Shown: one piece after another, positions 1 through 11,050 of the stretch
Layout: each line of letters starts with the position of its first letter
Position numbering within the stretch: the stretch's first letter is position 1
Assembly (NCBI RefSeq): GCF_001194135.2
Contig: NC_068982.1
Location: forward strand, 122,850,026-122,914,006
DNA length: 63,981 nucleotides
Reading direction: 5' to 3'
Origin: Octopus bimaculoides
Lineage: Eukaryota
Position numbers and translations under genes: made by a program
The notes under the pieces: model-generated
The model's input: only the letters and a program-made list of their open reading frames with translations
The model's database searches: none
Told to the model about the DNA's origin: nothing

Positions 1-2335
1 TATATATATATATATATCAAAATATATTTTCCCCTTGTATTTATTTTAAAATATATCAGGTTATTTATAAGCTGTTGTAATCAACAGTTGACTTTAAACT
101 ATTTTTAAATACCTTAAATCTCTATTGATTTAGTAATTTTAAAACAGTTTTTCATTACTTTTACTGCTTCAGCATCATATAACTATAATAGTTTAATTTC
201 TTTTCATCTAACTGTCATTGCCTCTCACATAAGCTTTTATTGTAACCATACACACCGTCTAATAAGAATTCCTTGTAATGCTTCATAGGTTTCTTTATAT
301 TAATGTTTTCCGCCTTGCAGCATTATACTGTAGCTTCCTATCAAAGAACATTATTCTTTAGACTGGCCAATATCTTCAATGGCTACATAGTGTTTGTTGT
401 TGTTTTCCAACTGAATAAATGAATGATGTATTTGAGGAGCTCTTCAACTAGAAACAGAAAAACTGAACACTTTTAGAGTGAAAGAGAGAGAAAAAAAGAT
501 TTCATTTATGTAGTTTCATTTATGTTGTAACCTACAGCATTTATCCAAATACAATCATGGTCACATGTGATTCTATATGTTCAGAAGTGCTATTCATCTG
601 ATGGCCAAACCTGTTGTATGAAACTAGTAGCCACCTTAAATAGATCTAATCATGTAAAAACTGCAAAATGCATGCAATAACATTAGCATAGAAATGACAT
701 CATATCTCCCAAAAGCAAATTGGTGTAATTCCTTTTGTTATTCGAGAATTATTTGAAAAGTGTTTGTTCCTGTATCAGTTGTCAAATCACAATCATTATT
801 AACAATTTAACATATCATTCAAAACTTGAGGGATGGATTCTGTATTTATTTATTATATTTATGTCCATTACTTATCTGATCTGCATGAACTAGTATACCC
901 TGTTGTTCATCCTGAATAACTGTATCTGTATTATGTTTTCTTTGAGATGTTATTAGTTTGTATATTATATATACAAACAGTATATATAATATACTGTATT
1001 ATACTCTGCAACAAATTATCCTACCAATTTTACTTTCTATGGAATGATGTGCTGAGGAAATTATTCAGAATTCTAAATCCCTTCAATTCTCTCTCTCTCT
1101 CTCTCTCTCTCTCCCTCTCCCTCTCTCTCTCTCTCCCTCTCTCTCTCTCTCTCTCAGATCTAGAAAGGAACTAAATATTACCAGATTTGATGATTGTTTA
1201 TTTTTAAATAATGTTTAGTGTTTTCCTTTGCACAGTTCAGATATTGACAAAAGTGCAGAAAATTTTATACATACAAATCTGTTTCCAATTAAAATCATAT
1301 GAACATCTTACTTAGATAATTCATTACTGTAGTTATTTATTACTGAATGAAGCTTACCATAACTCTTCCAAAAATCTGCTTTTAGTATCGTCTCTAAAGA
1401 GATTATGGAAACTATGCATTCGCCTTAGAATACTGATGCCAGTTGTTTGTGTCTGAAGACCATGAGGAAAGAAGAGGCTGCCTATATACAGATATACAGA
1501 GGCTGTAACTATCTGTACCATCCAGTACCTGTTATTTTTGTTACTTCTCCATCACTGCAGATCTTTTCTTCCTGTCTGCATTTAGTGGTTTTAAAATGAG
1601 AGTCAGACTGTGCAGTCTGATCCCACTCCTTACATTTGAAAGTCTGACCACAGTGACTCAGCAAGAGACTGTGGTGACCAGCAAGCTGCAGGTTTTACAT
1701 TGGAGTGGCCTTCTCCTAGGTGAATTGCCTTACAGATCTGGAGAGCTCCACCTAACCGGGAGTTGCCAGAAGGGTGTGAAAGAGAAATTTTGAGGAATGT
1801 GGAACCACTATTGTTCCCAGGTCTTCTCTGGCCTAGAGTAGTAGCACCTGTAACATGGTAATTAACTTATGGGTTAATTACCATGTTATGGAAAAAAACT
1901 CCAAGCACAAACCCTCACTGTTTTGTGAGTGCCTTAGAAAAGAAAAGGGCTAGGGGAGTCAACCTTTTTAGAATATACTCTCATTTTCTACATTAAAATG
2001 TTGATAAAGGCTTACTTCTGCCAGATTTTGATTTCAGAGAAGGTGCTATTTATGATTGAAATATTGGATCTGAATGATCTTGTCTCTTTCAATGTAATGT
2101 TTCATAAAATAGTTGTATGCGTGAAAACATGTATCCAAAAGTAAACTTTATGTAGCTTTGTAGCTTGTAAATCCTCTGTGAGTTAATACTAACAAATTTT
2201 GTTTGCCTATCACTTCGTTTCTCCTAAATTTTTGAATCAGCATTTTTCAAGAAGTTAATTTTTCCTCTCTATTTTGCCTTTTTTTTTTACTTCATTTATT
2301 ATATTTATATGGACATAAAATTTTAAAATTATATC

Positions 2336-2450
2336 ATCATCATCATCATCATCATCATCGTTTAACGTCCGCTTTCCATGCTAGCATGGGTTGGACGATT
2401 TGACTGAGGACTGGTGAAACCGGATGGCAACACCAGGCTCCAGCATCATA
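2336..2450 (-). mobile_element. Family A SINE tail ((GAT)n-ended)
   Basis: (CAT)n-cgtttaacgtccgctttccatgctagcatgggttggacg with CpGs intact, so probably a young copy. Confidence 0.88.
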
Positions 2451-2732
2451 CATCTTTATTAGTTAAACAATAAAATAACTGATTATAAAAATTATATAAT
2501 CAAGAGAAAATTTTTAAATGCTACATATTCAGAATATTTTATAATTTTCCCATTATAATAATACCAAAAGCCACAAAATAATCATTAACAACCAAACCTT
2601 AATTGTCAAAAAAAAAAAGAAGTAGAAATGAGATGTTCTGTTCATTAATTTACTACTACTCTGATCACTTAGAGAAAAGAAGTAAATAATAAAATATATA
2701 AAACATGTTTTATATATTTTATTCTTTACTGA

Positions 2733-2875
2733 TTGGTGTCAAGAAAGGCATCCAGCCATAGAAACCATGCCAAAGCAGACAGTAGAACTTGGCACAGTCC
2801 TCTGGCATGCCAGTTCCTGTCAAACCATCCAACCCATGCCAGTATGGAAAAGGATGTTAAACGATGATGATGACA
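2733..2875 (+). mobile_element. Family A SINE tail
   Basis: ttggtgtcaagaaaggcatccagcc...catccaacccatgccagtatggaaaaggatgttaaacgatgatgatg. Confidence 0.88.
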
Positions 2876-3779
2876 ACAACTGATTCAATACTGAGGTATC
2901 TTCAAGGGTTTTAATCAATTTTAGGAATTTTTTATCAAATATCTAAGCCCACCTACAAGATTTGACCTGGTTTGATACAACTAGGTAATTTTGGTTGATA
3001 CAGCAATCTATTTGCCATCTCTTCATTTGTCAACCCAAGGTTATAATAGATGACATTACCCAAAGTATTGTGCAGTGAGACTGATTTGAAAACTGCATGG
3101 CTGTAAAGCTAATTTCTCAACCACATCACAATGCCTTGACCCATGACACATTAGATAAATCTATAAATCTATTGGTTCAAGAATGTTAAAAAACCAAGTT
3201 TTAACTCATGAATTGTAAATCCAGTGCTTTATACATTTAAATTTCATATGTGCAAACATTCCTTCTCCATTCTCTTTATGTTTCTATTCTATTCTTTTAT
3301 ACCCCTTCAAATAATTAAGGTATTTGTGCTGAATGTTGCTGGATGCTAGATATTATATACTTCTTAATTCATATGACATAACATAACCAATTCTATGTGT
3401 CAGTAAAGAGTTAATTGAAATATTATGACAAGAACTTCTAGACTTAAGATAGCTTTTATATAACTTTAAATTTTCCTTTACTCTTTACACACATGCTATA
3501 CATATATATATATATATCATCATCATCATCATCGTTTAACATCTGTCTTCTACACTTGCTAGATTGGATGGTTTGACAAGATCCAAAAAGCTAAAGTTTG
3601 TTTTGGCATGGTTTCAATGGTTGAATGCCCTTCCTAATACCACCCACTTTATGGAATATGCTGAGTGCTTTTTCATGATATCACCAAGTAACTTACATGA
3701 CAAAGAAAAGGACCCCTCAACTGAGTGGGTTGTAGTAAAGCGTGAGGTAGCTTTATGTCAGTTGTTGAGAGGCTAAAGA

Positions 3780-4760
3780 ATACTGGAGGAACAAGAAGAG
3801 ATATGTAGCTACCCTACATTATATAAGGGTGGGTAGGAATTGCTAGAAAGAAGATATTGGTTATAGAGATAAGGTGTCAGAGCATACTCTCAAGATACAA
3901 GAAAGTGAGTATAGTAGAGAATACAAAGAATTAAGAAAGGTGGGTGGATAAGTTCATTAAGGTGTGAGAGGAGAGTGATAGATGGTTAGACATGGATGTA
4001 AAGATGAATGTAGTGAGTGGATCAAGGGTGGAATTGTGCCACATAAGTATGGCAGGTAGGTAAAAGAATAGGAGTGACTCAGGGAGGTGGAGGTGATAAG
4101 TGACAGTGTGGGGGGACGAGAACAGCAATATAATAAACCTGTAGGTAGATCAGAAAGCATAGAAATGCTGTGTGGGATGGGAGAGTGAGGGGAAAAGAAA
4201 GAGAGATGCATAGTGAGTGGGAGGCACAACAGCAGATATGATAGGGCGATGAGAATAGTAGCAGATAAGAGATTGTGTTAAATAAGATAATGACAATTCT
4301 AAGATGTATCTCAAAGGAGAGAGAGAGATAACTGGAGGCACAGAAAAGGACAATCAATTTAAAATAAAGTTGGAAAAGTTGATATTGATAATAAAGGATG
4401 GATTTTTAAAGGAAGTGGTTCCAGTGAGAGGGAGAGGTAACTGGTTACAGAAAGGAGGATAAAATATGTGTATATTCTGCTCTCAAATGGCTACAGCTGC
4501 TGAATAGCACTATTGTTAGAAAAGAGGAGGATTGGGTGTGAGGAAGACAAGAGATGAGGAAGGCTTGAAGGGAACAGATTGGGTACAGATTGCAGGACAC
4601 AGTGTGTGTATAGAAATTAATATAATATTTTTAGGGCCTCACTTTCATCAATATGGGTGGATCTTCTTGAGCACAGAAAATCTAAGACCTGTCCCTCTCA
4701 TCATTTTACATACACTTGTCTATGCTAGTATGGATTATATACAGACATACACTCTCACTT
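3780..4760 (-). mobile_element. Purine-skewed block, possibly a very decayed L2/CR1 LINE in antisense
   Basis: Strong A/G skew on the + strand over about 1 kb. No convincing motif, so the call rests mainly on composition. Confidence 0.3.
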
Positions 4761-6304
4761 ATATACATTCATCCATTCATTTCTTTTTTTCTTTGTGACG
4801 TTAGCTCTGGTGAGGTTGCCTTGTATTCTGCAAGACTTAACAGTCCTCACTGTTATACATTGACATAAGATGAACTAGGCTGAGAAGGTGAAAGAAATGA
4901 GAGTATAATGAGAGAAACAAAGCATTTAGAGTAAAAGGCTTATAGAAAGAATAATGGAAGAGAGGCAGTAATGGTACCTACATATTTTTGGTAAACAAGA
5001 GATAGTGAGTGATGGATGGCAGCTGAGATGGATTATGGTAAGAGAGAGTAATGAAAGAGGGAGAGGAAGTGATGGGTAGCAGTACAGAAGGATGATGTAT
5101 ATTGGATCTCAACACATCTGGTGCAATCTTCGTTATACAGACTTTATGATGAGAGTCAAAGGTAGCATTGTAAAGACGGTATTCAAGGAAGACTAAATAC
5201 AGAGATCCAATGCCATCCACCATTATTAGCATGGATTGGACAAGCCTCTTTTTGGCCATACTCTACGACCAGATGCCCTTCCTGATGCCAACTCAATATA
5301 ATTCAAGTAAGGTACTTTATCCCACTGGTCTTTGCACTCTAAACCACTGAGCTATGTGATATAAATACGCATCACTGCAGGCCAAGAATATCAATGCAAA
5401 GACTTGCACATGTGCATGTGCATGCACACACACAGAAGAAGATGGGTTTCTAAACAGTTTCAGCTGCCAAAGTTCACTAAAAGGCTTTTGTCAAGCCAAG
5501 GCTGTAGTAGAAGACACTCGCTCAAGATACCAAGTAGTGGCATTGAACATGAAAAATGTGGCTGGGAAGCAAACTTCTTAACCACACAACCATGTCTATG
5601 TCTATTGATGTATAAGCTGTAGTAAAAGTAGAATGAGTTCTATAGATGCATATGCTACAGTAAATCATTCTATTAATCTGAGAAAAGAATAACAATGAAA
5701 AAAAATTAATGCTGGTGCAAGTTCAGTATTTATCTTTCATAAAGGAGTTGTTTTCATTTCATTCCTTTTTGTTACTCCATCTTTTAAAGTGACATTTGAT
5801 CTTTGTTAAACAGGAATAAGAAATTTGTTTCTTTATCCAATTAAGGTCTTAATTTATGTTGTAGTTATGGTGTTTTAAAAAATAATAGATCTACCAGATA
5901 TATTGTGTATTATTTACTTTGTATATATGTTACTGTGACTCTCTCTCATTCTCTCTCTCTCTCTCCCTCTCTCTGTATATATGTACATGTATTTATGTGT
6001 GTGTGTTTGCATGTGTGTATATATATTTCGTATTATGCTAAGAAGCAATGCATGTTACTAGAATTTTAGACTTGAGTCAAATATAACAAACAACTCCAAA
6101 TCATTGATAGAGTATATGCGTGAGTGGAGTCAAGACCAGCTAGTTTGTAGTGATATTGCATCATATTAGTTGTTATAATGAAATCAACCCACATTTCAAA
6201 ATGCTTTAACTGAGGAAGGTTTACATAATGGAAGCATTTCCTATTATATATTATGCAAACTTAAAACATGCATATTAAATGATTTCAAAATCATTTAATC
6301 ATAG

Positions 6305-6570
6305 ATCATCATCATCGTCGTCGTCGTTTAACGTCTGCTTTCCATGTTGGCATGGGTTGGACGGTTTGACTGAGGGCTGGCAAGCCAGAAGGCTGCACCA
6401 GGCGCCAATCTGATCTGGCAAAGTTTCTATGGCTTGATGCTCTTCCTAACACTAACCACTTTTTACATGCCATTGGCACAAGGGTCAGTCAGGTGGTACT
6501 GGCATTGACCACACTCAAATGGCGCTTTTTACGTGCCATCAGCATAGGAGCCAGTCAGGCAGCACTGGGG
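6305..6570 (-). mobile_element. Family A SINE
   Basis: catcgtcgtcgtttaacgtctgctttccatgttggcatgggttggacgg... Similar copies at about 3516-3710, 5195-5290, 24315-24540 and 40975-41030. Confidence 0.85.
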
Positions 6571-7479
6571 AGAGAATGTGAAACAGAGAGCACACAATTA
6601 CTAATACAATGTGGGTTATACAAAGAACATCCTGTAGATCCACTGTTGTTTAAAATGCTAAAATTATAACATACGAAACTTTAATTGAATAAAATAAAAA
6701 AAGATAATCAATTTCTACATCCTTAGATATAAAATCATGCATGTATGTACATCTATGTGTGTCTCTGTTTAGTTGAGACATGATAGCTAAGAGAGTAAAG
6801 TGCTTTTCATTGACTAGATACAAAGACCATACTTCTCTGTTTGTTTCATATTGTCTTGCTTTTAACAGATTCCAACTCTACTTCACAATTCAGTAGGCAA
6901 TTGGAACTATCTCCAACTAGCTATTAAAAAGCAATTCTTCCTACAAAAACCACTCCATACATGAAAATGGATATACTCAGTACAGACAGACACACACACA
7001 CACACACACGCATATATGGAAGGCAGACATTAAACGATGATGAAGATGATAAATATATATATACATGACATGCATTTTACTGATTATATAAATTGTACGT
7101 GTTGATATTGTCGCTATTATTTAGTTCTGTGTGAATGCTGATCAAGCAAACCTTTGATTAAAGCCATTTCAACTATGACTGTCCTATTTCTATAACTACA
7201 TTATCAGATGTGTTTTTCAGAGATTGTAGGGTGAGTTATGAAGAAGATTTGATTGCTATTTCTAACAATCCAAACTTGTAGAGATTCCTCTTTTACTCCT
7301 TTACTCATTGTTATATATATCTTTCTGTATTTGGGAGTATAAATAGATGTACTTTCCTTATTGTATGTGTGTATGTATATGTGAGTGTGTATATACATAC
7401 ATACGTGTGTGTGTGTAGTCAAATCAAATAAACAAACATTAAAAATGACAAACAAGACAAGAGGACATGCACATGGAAT

Positions 7480-7770
7480 GTATTAGTTTGATACTTGGTA
7501 AGAAGAGAGTTTTTGACATTTCAAACATAGGTCTCCATCAGAAAGGAAAACAGAAAAGTCCAAAGAAGGACAAAAATACCACCAGCACGTGTGTGTGTGG
7601 GTGGATGGGTGTGTGAGAGAGAGAAAGCCAATATAAATATTGATTGGTTGATATCCTCGATATGCTTTACATCATATAGAGTAACGAACAGAAAGAGTAA
7701 AAGAGAGAGTTAATGTAAGAGGTACAGAATGCGTGCACATACTAGGCTTGGTGTCAGGCAGAGGAGTATA
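7480..7770. mobile_element. Possible Penelope-like-element-derived repeat with a decayed hammerhead-core motif
   Basis: Minus strand 7541-7515 reads CTGATGG-AGACCTATGTTT-GAAATGTC, a degenerate CUGAnGA...GAAAC arrangement. Confidence 0.4.
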
Positions 7771-7988
7771 GGGATTAAATGACAGTAGTTATGGGAAATT
7801 TGTTTTGTCTTATTTGATTTTAAGGTAATAAATATTTTTCTTTTAAAAATTGGTTTCATCATTTTGTATATGCACCAAGAAATTTGCTCAAAGTTAAATT
7901 ATCTGTATTATATGTATATCATAATTCCTGATATTACCCATGGTGGGCAAAAGTATACTTCAAATTACCTGTCATATGATGGGTAACA

Positions 7989-8029
<41 letters not shown>

Positions 8030-8453
8030 GTATGTATATACTGGCTGATGTTTTTGTATCCCCTCCATTTTCTTTTTTGCTATATATATATATATATATA
8101 TATAAACATGTATGCGTGCATATATATATATATATATTTGTATACATTTATATATATGTATGTTTATATGGTATGTATGTATGTATGTATATATATTTGT
8201 GTATGTGTGTATTGTAGAATTGCTATTTTGAATGGGATGTTTAGAATTCCATGTAAATCATTTTTTATCCATATTTCAATTGACAGTTAAATATTATTTG
8301 TCCTTCAATATTCTTTTGGTACTATATACAACTGAACAATTTACAGAGTTTATATTTGAAAGTGGTGTAAAGCAGGAGAGTTAGTTTAATTATTCTCTAT
8401 AGTAACATCATAAATCATCGCTAAGATAATTTAGACTTTCTTGTTTTATTCCA

Positions 8454-8511
<58 letters not shown>

Positions 8512-9352
8512 CCCACACACACATATACATATACATATATGCATAAATATCTATGCATTTACATTTAAACATTTAAATATTATACACCTTTATATACACA
8601 CACACATATATATACATACATGTATGTGTGTGTGTGTTGTACAACAGAATATACCTGTTGATTTGTATTCAGTACTGCACATGTAGACAGGTGTAAATAC
8701 CTCTCTATCTACAATACCTACATGAACAGCAAAAGCAGGATCAACCTGACTATGTTCACACTGTGATGGGGTTTCATCAGTGAAACTGAACATATCTTCT
8801 TTAAGTCTGTATGAAGATATTGCTTATTATAAACCCACTATTACTAAGACTTATAATATAACATTGAAACCGAAAGCACTGTTAACTCATGAAATAGTCA
8901 TATATAAATATATATGTATGTCTATGTGTTTCTCTGTGTATATTGTGGAGAATGATGAATTTTTTTAATAGTGTTATTTTCCTGAGGTTGCATGTTGTAG
9001 ACAGATTGATAGTAATCTATCAACATTTATCAAATAAATCAAAATTTTTGTTTCTTTAGATTGGCCAAGTGTTGAGACTGTCTCATGTCTTATCATTGAA
9101 TTTAATGAACTAAACTATTTACAGACTGCTTGGGTTGCAGATTTCTCTTAATTTGTTGTTTATTGATTGTTGTTGTTGTTATTGATGTTGTTGGTTTGAA
9201 ATTACTTTCCTTCTCTCTTTTTTTTTTTTGTCTGTGAATTTGTGTTTCTTTTCCTTTTTTTATTTTTTGGCCATAAATATTTCCTTTGCTTAATCCTTAT
9301 TGTTATTTTCTTTGTTTTTTCCTTTCTTTTTTCTATTTCCCCTTTTTCACAG

Positions 9353-9772
9353 CAGCCCCGGCGTAAACAGCGCTATATCCAGAGGTCAAAATCCCATGAT
9401 GACCCCTCTGCTGATATCCATGCTCCCGCAGGTACTGCCAGAGGTCGCATTGCACGCCAGGGTGCACGCATTGTCCGATCTCGCTCTCCCTCAGGTAGCC
9501 CTGTACGCCACCATTATGAACACCACCATCACCAGTCCACTAATGTGAGCCCAGCGACCAGTCAAACTTACATGGTCACTCGGTGTGACTCATCAGATTC
9601 AATAAACACCAATGAAAACTCAGCATTACTCAAGGATGATGAGAAAAACCAAGCGCAAGCAGCACTTTGCATCTATTTTGATGGGTCTGAGCTGGATGAC
9701 AGTGTAGAAGAAGAAACAAATGTATACAAAAGTAAAAAGAACAAAAAAACTAAAAAGAAACTTCCAATCTAA
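9353..9772 (+). CDS. Probable terminal coding exon of an unidentified gene (low-complexity Ser/Arg/His-rich C-terminal tail)
   Basis: Long pyrimidine-rich tract (about 9200-9350) ends in ttttcacag|cag. Open frame of 139 codons QPRRKQRYIQRSKSHDD...ENSALLKDDEK...KKLPI* with much higher GC than the flanks, followed by very AT-rich UTR-like DNA. No upstream exon found in the window; family not recognised. Confidence 0.75.
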   Translation, partial: QPRRKQRYIQRSKSHDDPSADIHAPAGTARGRIARQGARIVRSRSPSGSPVRHHYEHHHHQSTNVSPATSQTYMVTRCDSSDSINTNENSALLKDDEKNQAQAALCIYFDGSELDDSVEEETNVYKSKKNKKTKKKLPI

Positions 9773-10265
9773 AAATTAGAAATTTTAAAAGAATATATAT
9801 TTAAACTATTATTTTTTTAAACAATTTAGTTTTAATTATTTAAAGATAATTTATGCATTTAAAATTCAATTTTCTTTTAGTATTGTTATTTAATTTTAAC
9901 TGTAAATGTATTTTGTTTCAAAAGTATTTTGAATGAAAGAGACTAGTACTGCTACGGGAAAAAATTGTTTTACTTTGCAAATAATTATGAAAAAAACATC
10001 TATTTTAAAGAAACGTATATCTATTTTGATTCTTGTTGCTGATTAATCATTCTGGTTGCTTGAAATAGTTTGTCTTTTGGGTTTTTTTTTTAGTTTGTTT
10101 TTGCATTTGATATAACCCATGTTTATTAATATGCTATAAAGTTCTTTTTGTTTTTTATTTCCTTTATTATCTGATTTCAAAATTATAGTTCTCTTTTTAT
10201 GATGATGATGATTTTAAAAATTTTCATTATTATTACTGTTAATACTAATATTATTATTATATCTA

Positions 10266-11050
10266 AGGTGGTGAGCTGGCAGAATTGTTAGTGCATTGAA
10301 CAAAATGCTTGATGGCATTTCTTGCAGCTCTTTACATTCTGAGTTCAAATCCCACCAGGTCAACTTTGCCTTTCATCCTTTAGGGTGGGGGGGGTTCGAT
10401 AAAATAAAGTACCAGTCAAGTACTGGGTTCGATGTAACCAACCAACCTCTCCCTCTAAAATTGCTGGCTTTATGCCAAAATTTGAAACCATTAATATTAC
10501 ATCTGCTACTACTATCATTATTGTCACTATTATCATCATCATATTGGGTGGTGAATTGGCAGAGTCATTAGAACATCAGAAAAATATGCCTTGTAGTATT
10601 TGTTCCAACTTTTCATGTTCTGAGTTCAAATTTCACTTGAGGTCAACTTTGTCTCTCATCCTTTCAGGGTTGATACAATAAAGTACCAGTCAAGTATTGG
10701 GGTCGATGCAATCAACTAGCTCCCTCCCCTTAACATTTTTGGCCTGGTGCCTAAATCAGAAACCATTATTATTATTATCATCGTCATCATCATCATCATC
10801 ATCATATAGGATGGTGGGTTGGTAGAACCATTTGAGCTTCAGAAAAAATGCTTTGTAGTATTTGTTCTGGCTCTTTACATTCTGAGTTCAAATCCTACCA
10901 AGGCCAACTTTGTTTTTCATACTTTTGAGGTCAATAAAATAAAGTACCAGTCAAGCACTGGGGCAATGGTATTGAATAAACCCTTCCCCTCAAAATTGTT
11001 GGCCTTGTACCAAAACTAGAAGGAATTATTATTATTATTATTATTATCAT
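10266..11050 (+). mobile_element. Three tandem copies of a tRNA-derived SINE (family B here) with (ATT/ATC)n tails
   Basis: Recurring gagctggcagaa...ctgagttcaaat (B-box-like)...caactttgcctttcatcctt...aagtaccagtcaagtactgggg, starting near 10266, 10545 and 10808. Confidence 0.9.

Noticed and set aside
100-460. Possible transposase-like remnant on the minus strand (YKETYEALQ...)
   Set aside because: Many stops and no second diagnostic motif.
8655-8806. Minus-strand open segment LKEDMFSFTDETPSQCEHSQVDPAFAVHVGIVDREVFTPVYMCSTEYKST with plausible AG/GT ends
   Set aside because: No recognisable family or partner exons, antisense within another gene's intron, and a 50-codon open frame can occur by chance.
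10266-10350. tRNA-like A/B-box sequences here and at other SINE heads
   Set aside because: They continue into SINE bodies and do not form full cloverleafs; not tRNA genes.
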